DNA from: Macrostomum lignano
Lineage: Eukaryota
Direction of reading: 5' to 3'
Assembly (NCBI GenBank): GCA_002269645.1
Contig: NIVC01000646.1
Coordinates: forward strand, 248,001-312,000
Length of the DNA: 64,000 bases
The position numbers and the translations under genes were made by a program. Shown here in pieces: positions 47,631 to 60,909 of the stretch; the stretch's first letter is position 1, and each line of letters starts with the position of its first letter. The notes below the pieces were generated by a model. That model worked only from the letters and a program-made list of their open reading frames with translations. It was not told the DNA's origin and did not search any database.

Positions 47631-48312
47631 TCCAAACCCTAATCTAAACTCTAAACTAAACCACAACTTAAACCCTAACCTACTTCCTAAACTTATTTCC
47701 TAACCAAAACCCTAACCTAAGCACTAAGCTAAGCTCTAACCTAAACCCTAACCTAAGCCCTAACCTAAGCCCTAACCTAAGCCCTAACCTAAGCCCTAAC
47801 CTAAGCCCTAACCTAAGCCCTAACCTAAGCCCTAACCTAAGCCCTAACCTAAGCCCTAACCTAAGCCCTAACCTAAGCCCTAACCTAAGCCCTAACCTAA
47901 GCCCTAACCAAAACCCTAACCTAAGCCCTAACCTAAGCCCTAACCAAAACCCTAACCTAAGCCCTAACCTAAGCCCTAACCAAAACCCTAACCTAAGCCC
48001 TAACCTAAGCCCTAACCTAAGCCCTAACCTAAGCCCTAACCTAAGCCCTAACCTAAGCCCTAACCTAAGCCCTAACCTAAGCCCTAACCTAAGCCCTAAC
48101 CTAAGCCCTAACCTAAGCCCTAACCTAAGCCCTAACCTAAGCCCTAACCAAAACCCTAACCTAAGCCCTAACCTAAGCCCTAACCAAAACCCTAACCTAA
48201 GCCCTAACCTAAGCCCTAACCAAAACCCTAACCTAAGCCCTAACCTAAGCCCTAACCTAAGCCCTAACCTAAGCCCTAACCTAAGCCCTAACCTTAGCTC
48301 TAACCTAAACTC
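47630..48312. repeat. Telomere-like 12-bp repeat (CCCTAACCTAAG)n
   Basis: About 45 pure units at 47745-48295, with a degenerate CCTAA-rich lead-in. Confidence 0.95.
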
Positions 48313-48791
48313 TAAAAATGGTTATTAACAATAAGAGCAAACCGAAAGGACTCAGCAACAACTCAGCTCAGCGATTCTCTGTTGAGGCTTTTTTGTAAGT
48401 CAAACAACTGCAAAATTAATAAAGTAAAACGTAAGTAAGAAAAGAATTTTTAAACTGAAATCGCAGCACCAATAGGGAAGAGATTGCTGGTTGGCCTTCT
48501 ATCAAATTCTATTTCTGTCTATTTCTGTATACCCCGAGTGCGCACGGATGAAGAAAACTCGGAGGCTTCTTTCTTCTCTTTCTTCTCGATTAATCCTAGT
48601 TTAACCCCAGGCCTTCCATCCTTTCTCCTACGCTTGTCTTGATGGTCTCGGTTCGAGTCTAGCAATCCCTTGAGCTCTCAATGAGTTCAGTCTGCCTTCT
48701 CCTTTAAGCTGTGACTATTGCTCTGAGCCCATGCAGAGATTTACGTTCAGAGTACCTACGGGCTACGTAAAGTTAAAGCTAATAAATCTAA

Positions 48792-49492
48792 TCATTCACA
48801 AACCCGATCATTCACAAACCCGATCATTCACAAACCCGATCATTCACTAACCCGATCATTCACAAACCCGATCATTCACAAACCCGATCATTCACAAACC
48901 CGATCATTCACAAACCCGATCATTCACAAACCCGATCATTCACAAACCCGATCATTCACAAACCCGATCATTCACAAACCCGATCATTCGCAAACCCGAT
49001 CATTCACAAACCCGATCATTCACAAACCCGATCATTCACAAACCCGATCATTCACAAACCCGATCATTCACAAACCCGATCATTCACAAACCCGATCATT
49101 CACAAACCCGATCATTCACAAACCCGATCATTCACAAACCCGATCATTCACAAACCCGATCATTCACAAACCCGATCATTCGCAAACCCGATCATTCACA
49201 AACCCGATCATTCACAAACCCGATCATTCACAAACCCGATCATTCACAAACCCGATCATTCACAAACCCGATCATTCACAAACCCGATCATTCACAAACC
49301 CGATCATTCACAAACCCGATCATTCACAAACCCGATCATTCACAAACCCGATCATTCCCAAAAGCGATCATTCACAAACCCGATCATTCACAAACCCGAT
49401 CATTCACAAACCCGATCATTCACAAACCCGATCATTCACAAACCCGATCATTCACAAACCCGATCATTCCCAAAAGCGATCATTCACAAACT
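48792..49492. repeat. 16-bp minisatellite
   Basis: ATCATTCACAAACCCG repeated. Confidence 0.96.
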
Positions 49493-49821
49493 ATCCGCTA
49501 AATTAACGGAGAGTTTTACGTGCTGCTAAATTAAAGTGCCAATGAGAAAGCTCAAGAATTGGATGCAGCCATTAAACTCATTTTATCTTAATTTCTTTTT
49601 AACGCTACTTTCAGTAGTTTGGAACAGACTATATTAAAAAAGATTTAAGATCAATAAGACGCATTAGAGTATTTTTTGCATTAGAATTCACAGTCACTTT
49701 TTTATTAGATGGGCCAGCAAGTAGGGTATTAAAATCTGGTAAAATTTAGGCATAATTAATGCATTTGTTTTACTGCTCTTTCAAAAATTCACGTCAGCAT
49801 ACAGCCTTTTCTGCTCCAATT

Positions 49822-50395
49822 CTGCTTCTCTGCTTCTCTGCTTCTCTGCTTCTCTGCTTCTCTGCTTCTCTGCTTCTCTGCTTCTCTGCTTCTCTGCTTC
49901 TCTGCTTCTCTGCTTCTCTGCTTCTCTGCTTCTCTGCTTCTCTGCTTCTCTGCTTCTCTGCTTCTCTGCTTCTCTGCTTCTCTGCCTCTCTGCTTCTCTG
50001 CTTCTCTGCTTCTCTGCTTCTCTGCTTCTCTGCTTCTCTGCTTCTCTGCTTCTCTGCTTCTCTGCTTCTCTGCCTCTCTGCTTCTCTGCTTCTCTGCTTC
50101 TCTGCTTCTCTGCTTCTCTGCTTCTCTGCTTCTCTGCTTCTCTGCTTCTCTGCTTCTCTGCTTCTCTGCTTCTCTGCTTCTCTGCTTCTCTGCTTCTCTG
50201 CTTCTCTGCTTCTCTGCTTCTCTGCTTCTCTGCTTTTCTGCTTCTCTGCTTCTCTGCTTCTCTGCCTCTCTGCTTCTCTGCTTCTCTGCTTCTCTGCTTC
50301 TCTGCTTCTCTGCTTCTCTGTCTCTCTGCTTCTCTGCTTCTCTGTCTCTCTGCTTCTCTGCTTCTCTCTGCTCCTCTCTGCTTCTCTTTGCTTCT
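49822..50395. repeat. 8-bp repeat (TCTGCTTC)n
   Basis: Direct reading. Confidence 0.96.
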
Positions 50396-50714
50396 ATACT
50401 TTTTTGAGGCCTTTGTCCTAATAGTTATTGACTCTATAGTTATGGACTGATAAATATCGAAGTTTTACATTTTTTGTACACTGCGATATTTAGACTAGCG
50501 AAAGTATTCACGCCTTTTTACGCTACTATCAGTAGCAAAGCGAAATTACTATTCATTAAAAGAACTTAGTCTCGAAGTCTCGAAAAAATCAGTAGGTTTT
50601 GTTATTACGCAACACTGTTTCTTCGAAACAGAAGGGTCCTCACACGTTTGGGAAGGCGTTTTCTTCCTAACACGGATGGGAACGAGCGGTAGCGGCTCGC
50701 GTGAGGCGCCGCTC

Positions 50715-50795
50715 GGTAGAGGATTAAATTAAAGCCACTGGCCAGGCCGGTGTCGGGTGGCCGCCACCTCTAATCCGCTAATCGCTAATCCGAGG
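50715..50795. promoter_or_regulatory. Cluster of K50-homeodomain (TAATCC) sites, candidate enhancer
   Basis: GGATTA at 50721, TAATCC at 50771 and 50786, TAATCG at 50779, in a GC-rich unique island. Confidence 0.35.
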
Positions 50796-51014
50796 TGACA
50801 ACTTCCGCTCCTTCCCGGCTGCGGGGGTCAATTGGCTTCGGTCACGTGCCACAGCTGACGGATGCTAACATCGCGCTGGTCTAAAACTCGTGCTGCTCTA
50901 TGAGATAACTCACTTAACAACTCACTGCAGTGTCGACTGGATGGACTGGAGACCGGGCTTAATTTATACGGCTGGAGACTGACTGCTCATCTCTAGACTT
51001 CTCGCAGTGTTTCC

Positions 51015-51700
51015 TCTACCTGCTCTATCTGATCTACTCTGTGCCTGCTCTATCTGATCTACTCTCTACCTGCTCTATCTGATCTACTCTGTGCCTGCTC
51101 TATCTGATCTACTCTCTACCTGCTCTATCTGACCTACTCTCTACCTGCTCTATCTGACCTACTCTGTGCCTGCTCTATCTGATCTACTCTCTACCTGCTC
51201 TATCTGATCTACTCTCTACCTGCTCTATCTGATCTACTCTGTGCCTGCTCTATCTGATCTACTCTGTGCCTGCTCTATCTGATCTACTCTCTACCTGCTC
51301 TATCTGACCTACTCTCTACCTGCTCTATCTGACCTACTCTGTGCCTGCTCTATCTGATCTACTCTCTACCTGCTCTATCTGATCTACTCTCTACCTGCTC
51401 TATCTGATCTACTCTGTGCCTGCTCTATCTGACCTACTCTGTGCCTGCTCTATCTGATCTACTCTGTGCCTGCTCTATCTGATCTACTCTCTACCTGCTC
51501 TATCTGATCTACTCTCTACCTGCTCTATCTGATCTACTCTCTACCTGCTCTATCTGATCTACTCTCTACCTGCTCTATCTGATCTACTCTCTACCTGCTC
51601 TATCTGATCTACCCTGTGCCTGCTCTATCTGATCTACTCTCTACCTGTTTTATCTGATCTAGTTTCTACCCGCTCTATCTAATCTACTCTCCACCTGTTC
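51015..51700. repeat. 25-bp minisatellite
   Basis: CTGCTCTATCTGATCTACTCT(CTAC/GTGC) repeated. Confidence 0.95.
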
Positions 51701-52047
51701 TACCTGATACGCATTACACTACAGACTGTCTTATTTTTAAAATACGAACCCCATATCAAAGCACAGCTGCTCGGCTATTTGAGCAGGTGACACAGGACAC
51801 GGGATTTCAGTAAATTCTAATCCCAACCTCCCCGAGTTTAAGTCCTTCCTTCCTCGGGCCTACACCTCTCTCCACCTCCTGCTCAGCAAAAAGCGCTTTA
51901 TTCCTCTGAGGCCAACTTTTCCTGCAACTTCCTGGGCCTGAGACGCGCTGCTGTCTCTCCGGTGGGCGGCTGCGGCGGGCCACGGCAGAGCGGATTATAC
52001 TCGGCAGCTTATGCTCTGCCCGACCTGCGCTGAGCCAGCGGATAATG

Positions 52048-52148
<101 letters not shown>

Positions 52149-52897
52149 CTCTGCGAATACTCTGCAGCAGACATATTCTGGTCCTGTCCTGAGAATCTGA
52201 GGCTCAGCCATCCGTCAAAAGCATTTTACTATCCAGATTGCAGCGCTAAGTGGCGGCAGTCGCACAGGTGCTGCCAGCTGCCACATCGAGCCGCGCCAAT
52301 TAACGGAGAAGCTCCGTTTGAGCGAGCCGCAGCAAGCCGAGTCAGAAAATCACTTAAAAATTTGCTGCAGCTCGTTGAGCAGTGAATTGCTGAAAGCTGT
52401 TGCTGGGAATCGCTTCGTGCGAACTCAGGGTCGTTAAGTGGCTGCCAGCTCGATCCGATGCGATTCAGTGCTCAAAATCACCCAGCCGGCGCGCTGTTTT
52501 CTCTTTACTCTCAGTTCCGACCCGAATTTCGGAGCTGAAATTGATCAGCTTTGCTTTGTTTTTGACCCGATTGTTTGATCAGAGTCGCATCGGTATACGT
52601 ATGGGATTGGTTCATGCAGATGCTGCAGGTTCCATGCCTAAACATCTTCCTTATTTAGTTGGGCCCTCCAAAAATTTAAACTAACTGGCCCAAAAGCTTT
52701 CTTGAAATGCGACGCGGCGATGAAGGCAGTGGGGACAGGAGGGAGAAGCAGACTCAGATTCCATTACTTCGGGCCTCCACTGCCCCCATCACGCAATCGA
52801 CTCCTACAAGCCAAGCCGTGCCCCCCACTTTCCCTAATGGATTTCCAGTTTCTGTTTCACTCGATTCTTCTTCACCCGCGGAGTCTGATTCATCTAC

Positions 52898-53237
<340 letters not shown>

Positions 53238-53721
53238 TTGATGCAGCGCACTACATGGTTGAGGCACAGCAAAAGGGGCGGAAGTGAATCTCGTGGGCCC
53301 TAAGGCCACCACTGCAGAGCGCTGAGGCCCAGTTTAATCAGCGCTGAGTGCCCGCCCGAGGGCCGCCCTGCCTGCCTTTTCACCAAAACTTCCTCCCGCG
53401 CTTTTTGTCGCCGCCCGAAGCGCCACCTCGGCATCCGGCGCTTCCTCAGCCCGTTTCCGGGGCGGCCGCGCCTCGAGACGCCGCGGGCTTGGCGGAAGGC
53501 ACTTCGATCTGATTGGATTTTCCTGATGTTTTGTCTCCAAAGCAGAAGCAGCAGGCTCATCTTGAGTCACGGTGGGGAATAGCAAAATTATGCAATGCAC
53601 CGAACATCGCTGAATCGCACAAATTCACTCCCAGTCACACAGAATCACACAAAATCAATAAAATCACACAGAATCACACCGAAATACAGAATTTCACTGA
53701 AACTCAACGGAATTCACAGAA

Positions 53722-55960
53722 TCATTAAGAGTCAATAAGAGTCACTCAGAATCAATAAGAGTCACACAGAATCAATAAGAGACCCACAGAATCAATAAGA
53801 GTCTCACAGAATCAATAAAAGTCACACATAATCAATAAGAGTCTCACAGAATCAATAAGAGCCACACAGAATCAATAAGAGTCTCACAGAATCAATAAAA
53901 GTCACACATAATCAATAAGAGTCACTCAGAATCAATCAGAGTCACACAGAATCAATAAGAGACCCACGGAATCAATAAGAGTCACTCAGAATCAATAAGA
54001 GCCACACAGAATCAATAAGAGTCTCACAGAATCAATAAAAGTCACACATAATCAATAAGAGTCACTCAGAATCAATAAGAGTCTCACAGAATCAATAAAA
54101 GTCACACATAATCAATAAGAGTCACTCAGAATCAATAAGAGTCACTCAGAATCAATAAGAGTCTCACAGAATCAATAAGAGTCACACAGAATCAATAAGA
54201 GTCCCACAGAATCAATAAGAGTCACACAGAATCAATAAGAGTCTCACAGAATCAATAAGAGTCACACAGAATCAATAAGAGTCCCACAGAATCAATAAGA
54301 GTCCCACAGAATCAATAAGAGTCACACAAAATCAATAAGAGTCACACAGAATCAATAAGAGTCACACAGAATCAATAAGAGTCTCACGGAATCAATAAGA
54401 GACCCACAGAATCAATAAAAGTCACTCAGAATCAATAAGAGTCACTCAGAATCAATAAGAGTCACACAGAATAAATAAGAGTCACTCAGAATCAATAAGA
54501 GTCTCACAGAATCAATAAGAGTCACACAGAATCAATAAGAGACCCACAGAATCAATAAGAGACACACAGAATCAATAAGAGTCACACAGAATCAATAAGA
54601 GTCTCACAGAATCAATAAGAGTCCCACAGAATCAATAAGAGTCACACAGAATCAATAAGAGTCACTCAGAATCAATAAGAGTCCCACAGAATCAATAAGA
54701 GTCACACAGAATCAATAAGAGTCTCACAGAATCAATAAGAGTCACACAGAATCAATAAGAGTCCCACAGAATCAATAAGAGTCACACAAAATCAATAAGA
54801 GTCACACAGAATCAATAAGAGTCACACAGAATCAATAAGAGTCTCACGGAATCAATAAGAGACCCACAGAATCAATAAAAGTCACTCAGAATCAATAAGA
54901 GTCACTCAGAATCAATAAGAGTCTCACAGAATAAATAAGAGTCACTCAGAATCAATAAGAGTCTCACAGAATCAATAAGAGTCACACAGAATCAATAAGA
55001 GACCCACAGAATCAATAAGAGACACACAGAATCAATAAGAGTCACACAGAATCAATAAGAGTCTCACAGAATCAATAAGAGTCCCACAGAATCAATAAGA
55101 GTCACACAGAATCAATAAGAGTCACTCAGAATCAATAAGAGTCACACAGAATCAATAAGAGTCACACAGAATCAATAAGAGTCACACAAAATCAATAAGA
55201 GTCACACAGAATCAATAAGAGTCACACAGAATCAATAAGAGTCTCACGGAATCAATAAGAGACCCACAGAATCAATAAAAGTCACTCAGAATCAATAAGA
55301 GTCACTCAGAATCAATAAGAGTCACACAGAATCAATAAGAGTCACACAGAATCAATAAGAGTCACACAGAATCAATAAGAGTCACACAGAATCAATAAGA
55401 GTCACACAGAATCAATAAGAGTCTCACAGAATCAATAAGAGTCACTCAGAATCAATAAGAGTCCCACAGAATCAATAAGAGTCACACAGAATCAATAAGA
55501 GTCTCACAGAATCAATAAGAGTGCCACAGAATCAATAAGAGTCTCACAGAATCAATAAGAGTCCCACAGAATCAATAAGAGTCTCACAGAATCAATAAGA
55601 GTCACTCAGAATCAATAAGAGACACACAGAATAAATAAGAGTCACTCAGAATCAATAAGAGTCACTCAGAATCAATAAGAGTCACTCAGAATCAATAAGA
55701 GTCACTCAGAATCGATAAGAGTCACACAGAATCAATAAGAGTCACACAGAATCGATAAGAGTCACACAGAATCAATAAGAGTCACACAGAATCAATAAGA
55801 GTCACACAGAATCAATAAGAGTCACACAGAATCGATAAGAGTCACACAGAATCAATAAGAGTCACACAGAATAAATAAGAGTCACACAGAATCAATAAGA
55901 GTCACTCAGAATCAATAAGAGTCACACAGAATCAATAAGAGTCACACAGAATCAATAATA
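53722..55960. repeat. 20-bp minisatellite upstream of islet
   Basis: GTCACACAGAATCAATAAGA x about 110, with no indels. Confidence 0.97.
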
Positions 55961-56349
55961 ATCACTAAGTGTCACACAACGCATCGCAAAAAATTTCAAC
56001 GTAAGCAACTGAGATCATCGCTTGGGAGTCTCTTTAAGACTTGGAGCCTCTCAATTATTACTCGGCACCGCTGATTGGCTGTTCCCGCCGGCCGGGCCAA
56101 TGGGAGGGTCCGGGACGGGAATGGGGATCACAACGGGACCCCCATGGAGCGAGCATTTTGCCCACCGACAAATGAGGGAGGGGCCGGGCGTTGAAGGGGA
56201 AAGGTGAGAATTAGAAAGACGAGAAACGGAAATAAAATCGCTATAAGCAGCTTTGATGTTGAAGAGAAGCTGACAGGGCCGCTATTGAGTCTGAGCAGCT
56301 CCAGTTGACTTGCTATGCCAGCTGCGTGCTGACGAAACTCTTGGAGACA

Positions 56350-56404
56350 ATGTCGGCCGTTGCCACCCTGGAAACTCCTGTTGGATTCGCGTCTGCAATG
56401 CAAG
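56350..56404 (+). CDS. isl1: Islet LIM-homeobox, exon 1 (predicted)
   Basis: ATG TCG GCC...ATG CAA G|GTAGGC; the phase-1 donor fits the exon 2 acceptor. Confidence 0.6.
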
Positions 56405-56456
56405 GTAGGCGGCTTGGCTTTGCTTTGAGCTCTGATGCTCAGAATTCATGGAATCT

Positions 56457-57562
56457 AGCTTCCAATGGTGCCTCACTGAAGCTTCCAATGGTGCCTCACT
56501 GAAGCTTCCAATGGTGCCTCACTGAAGCTTCCAATGGTGCCTCACTAAGGCTTCCAATGGTGCCTCACTAAAGCTTCCAATGGTGCCTCACTGAAGCTTC
56601 CAATGGTGCCTCACTGAAGCTTCCAATGGTGCCTCACTGAAGCTTCCAATGGTGCCTCACTGAAGCTTCCAATGGTGCCTCACTGAAGCTTCCAATGGTG
56701 CCTCACTGAAGCTTCCAATGGTGCCTCACTGAAGCTTCCAATGGTGCCTCACTGAAGCTTCCAATGGTGCCTCACTGAAGCTTCCAATGGTGCCTCACTG
56801 AAGCTTCCAATGGTGCCTCACTGAAGCTTCCAATGGTGCCTCACTGAAGCTTCCAATGGTGCCTCACTGAAGCTTCCAATGGTGCCTCACTGAAGCTTCC
56901 AATGGTGCCTCACTGAAGCTTCCAATGGTGCCTCACTGAAGCTTCCAATGGTGCCTCACTGAAGCTTCCAATGGTGCCTCACTGAAGCTTTTAATGGTGC
57001 CTCACTGAAGCTTCCAATGGTGCCTCACTGAAGTCTCCAATGGTGCCTCACTGAAGCTTCCAATGGTGCCTCACTGAAGCTTCCAATGGTGCCTCACTGA
57101 AGCTTCCAATGGTGCCTCACTGAAGCTTCCAATGGTGCCTCACTGAAGCTTCCAATGGTGCCTCACTGAAGTCTCCAATGGTGCCTCACTGAAGCTTCCA
57201 ATGGTGCCTCACTGAAGCTTCCAATGGTGCCTCACTGAAGCTTCCAATGGTGCCTCACTGAAGCTTCCAATGGTGCCTCACTGAAGCTTCCAATGGTGCC
57301 TCACTGAAGCTTCCAATGGTGCCTCACTGAAGCTTCCAATGGTGCCTCACTGAAGTCTCCAATGGTGCCTCACTGAAGCTTCCAATGGTGCCTCACTGAA
57401 GCTTCCAATGGTGCCTCACTGAAGCTTCCAATGGTGCCTCACTGAAGCTTCCAATGGTGCCTCACTGAAGTCTCCAATGGTGCCTCACTGAAGCTTCCAA
57501 TGGTGCCTCACTGAAGCTTCCAATGGTGCCTCACTGAAGCTTCCAATGGTCTGGTGCCTCAC
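56457..57562. repeat. 23-bp minisatellite filling islet intron 1
   Basis: TGCCTCACTGAAGCTTCCAATGG x about 48. Confidence 0.96.
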
Positions 57563-57591
57563 AGTAACGCCATAAAAACGCCGACTTTCAG

Positions 57592-57623
57592 ACGAACCGC
57601 AGCCATCGGTTTCTCCGCTGCCT

Positions 57624-57655
<32 letters not shown>

Positions 57656-57850
57656 GCCGTCCTTGAGCGGATTGTCGCTCTGCGTCGGATGCGGCGGTGC
57701 CATCACGGATCCCTACATACTGCGGGTGCAGCCAGACCTGGAGTGGCACGCCAGCTGCTTGAAGTGCGTCGAGTGCTCAGCTGAACTCAATCAGGCTCGC
57801 ACCTGCTATGTGCGCAATGGGCGGCCCTATTGTAAAGCTGATTACTGCAG
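57592..57850 (+). CDS. isl1: Islet, exon 2 (LIM1)
   Basis: Poly-Pro then [32 protein letters not shown]...[14 protein letters not shown]; TTTCAG acceptor and GTAAGG donor. Confidence 0.93.
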
Positions 57851-57882
57851 GTAAGGCCGCTGAGAGATGGAAAGGACCTAGT

Positions 57883-58290
57883 GGTGTGGATAGTGGGTCA
57901 CGTGACTTCCCGGTGTGGATAGTGGGTCACGTGACTTCCCGGTGTGGATAGTGGGTCACGTGACTTCCCGGTGTGAATAGTGGGTCACGTGACTTCCCGG
58001 TGTGAATAGTGGGTCACGTGACTTCCCGGTGTGGATAGTGGGTCACGTGACTTCCCGGTGTGGATAGTGGGTCACGTGACTTCCCGGTGTGGGTAGTGGA
58101 TCACTTGACCTCCAGATGTTAATTTTGGTTGTGGGTCGCTTGACCTCCAGATGTTAATTTGGGTTGTGGGTCGCTTGACCTCCCGGTTTCGATTTGAGGG
58201 TGGGTCACTTGACCTCCAGATGTCAATTGGGGTTGTGGGTCACATGACCTGCCGGTTTCGATTTGAGGGTGGGTCACTTGACCTCCTCGT
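57883..58290. repeat. 29-bp repeat containing palindromic GTCACGTGAC, degenerating rightwards
   Basis: GTGTGGATAGTGGGTCACGTGACTTCCCG x about 7, then diverged copies. Confidence 0.9.
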
Positions 58291-58790
58291 ATAAGTGGCG
58301 GATCGACGGGCTTCCTGAACTTGTATTTCGAAGTCCCTACCCTGAAACAGGCAAACTAAATGGTTTTTCACTGCCCATGCAGTTTAAGGCCGAAGCCTTT
58401 AATTGAATGATTTTTTAAACCAGAAACTCCCCCCCCCCCTACTCGGCGCGCTTGCGTGACCGCGCGGTGAAGCAGCGTTGGCGAGAGCAATTATCGGGAT
58501 TGAGTGAGTGAGTGAGCGAGTTGACTCACTGCCAAAACAGCTATGACAGGCAGGTAGTCAGCGCCAAAGCTTGAGGCTGTGGGAGATTCCAAGTTCCAAC
58601 GGGAAGTGCCTTCCGCGCCTCTCTCACCTCACAGCTTTCCCGGTAGATTTTTTTTGAAAGCCCAAAAGCGCATGCGATTGCCGGCAAACGCATGGACCTC
58701 TACATGCGGCCTTGCAGGATGCGCGTCCATTGTTCACGGGTGACAGGCCGCTGCCTCACAAACCCAGCTGAGTACCGTGGGAGTGAAGAG

Positions 58791-58892
<102 letters not shown>

Positions 58893-59924
58893 AGAGTTGC
58901 TCGTTTGCGTGAACCCGGAGGTGCCAGTGCTAACACATTTTTGTCGCAACGAATCGATCAGCCGGTGTCGAAAAGTTGAACCAGGGACTCCTAGTAGTAG
59001 ACTTCCGGACTGGAAACCAGTAGTTGTCTGCAGGCTTAGAAAACTCGTTCTATGAGGCTGTCAATTTTGTCTGTGGACTTTCGATAGTTAGCCACAAATT
59101 CTGTCTGAAGCAACGCGTTGAGCTGATTCAGTAACTGGCTGCAAGCCTCCCTAACTTCTCTAGTAAGAATGGAGGTATGAATGGGGGGCAGAAGATGAGG
59201 CGCGAGAGGCTGCTGCGGAATGATTTGCTGAGACAAAGCTGTCAAGCGAGCCAGGTATATAGCTTAGGGGAGCTAGTGGGAAGGTAGGGATAGGTGAGGC
59301 TGAGCGATGAAGCTGCCAAAATCCGCTCTTAACAGCCTGGGCTGCAGGTGCGGGGGGGGGGCTTGGGGGCTTCGAGATACCCGCATCAGCAGCGGCCTCC
59401 ATCCACCGACAGTCCTTGACGGCTTCTCCCGGGGGCTGCTCGGAGGCTGGGCGTGCGGGGGGTTGAAGGTGGGGATCCGCCATGATGAAGGCTGAAGAGA
59501 CACTGGGCGGGTTACAAATAGGAGCCCATCGATAGAAATGAGAGAGGTGAATTTTTTGTCACCACTGTTTTGCTGCCAGCCCTCTCTTCTTCATTTTTAT
59601 TTTAGTTGGGGTGATGAAGAGCCGACCGGACTGGCTGCAGCCTCCCCGCCCCCCGGGATGGCATGCGGGCGAACCCTTGAGTCTGTGGCTTCTGTGATCA
59701 TTTTCGATTCTGAATTATTATTATAATACTAATTCAAGCCCAGCTTTATGCGGCCCCATCAATGGCTGTCTACTTCGTGAATAGAGCAGCTGCTTAGAAT
59801 TGCATAGAAATCTCACTTCGGCAAAGCTTCAATGCGCTGTTGTTTGAGTTGCAAGTAGATTGCAAAGTCCCACTGTCCCATCTTGCCTTTTAGCGAAAAT
59901 CCCTTTCAATATTTCAATAAAATC

Positions 59925-60296
59925 CCAATCGATATCCCAATCGAAATCCCAATCGAAGTCCCAATCGATATCCCAATCGATATCCCAATCGATATCCCAA
60001 TCGATATCCCAATCGATATCCCAATCGATATCCCAATCGATATCCCAATCGATATCCCAATCGATATCCCAATCGATATCCCAATCGATATCCCAATCGA
60101 TATCCCAATCGATATCCCAATCGATATCCCAATCGAAATCCTAATCAAAATCCCAATCAAAATCCCAATCAAAATCCCAATCGAAATCCCAATCGAAATC
60201 CCAATCGAAGTCCCAATCGATATCCCAATCGATATCCCAATCGATATCCCAATCGATATCCCAATCGATATCCCAATCGAAATCCCAATCGACATC
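59925..60296. repeat. 12-bp repeat (ATCCCAATCGAT)n ending just before the islet exon 3 acceptor
   Basis: Direct reading. Confidence 0.95.
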
Positions 60297-60314
60297 CCCA
60301 ACCCCCACCCGCAG

Positions 60315-60682
60315 GCTGTTCGCCAGCCGCTGCGCCCAGTGCGAAGTGGCCTTCGGCCGCAGCGAGCTGGTGATGCGAGCCGGCGCCAAGGCCTACCACG
60401 TGGACTGCTTCCGGTGCTGCGCCTGCGCCAGGCAGCTGCTTCCGGGCGAGCAGTTCGCCATGCGCCGAGGCCGCCTGTTCTGCCGGGCCGACCTCGCCGC
60501 GGCCGCCGCCGACGTCAGTAACGGCGAGTTCTCAAATTCAGAAATGGACGACGATTCCGGCGGCAGGAAATTCGGTGGAAATAACAATAACAATAATAAT
60601 AGCAATGGCTTCAGCAATAACAATAATAATAGCAACGATAACAACAAAAACATCCACGAGTTCGATTTGGACAGCACAGACG
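60315..60682 (+). CDS. isl1: Islet, exon 3 (LIM2 plus Asn-rich linker)
   Basis: RLFASRCAQCEVAFGRSELVMRAGAKAYHVDCFRCCACARQLLPGEQFAMRRGRLFCRAD; GTGAGT donor at 60683. Confidence 0.92.
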
Positions 60683-60872
60683 GTGAGTGGCACTGCGGCT
60701 TCGAACTGAGTTTGAGGGATTTCATTCCGACCCCTTGTAGTTGCTTCAGGTTTAATGTCGAACCCGGATGCCTGGACCAAAGGTGACATCACTTGAGTTT
60801 AGTTAGGAGTTTTTTAGAAGCAGAGATTACACTTTCAGACTGTCAGACTGTCAGACTCTTAGAAAATTAGCG

Positions 60873-60884
<12 letters not shown>

Positions 60885-60909
<25 letters not shown>

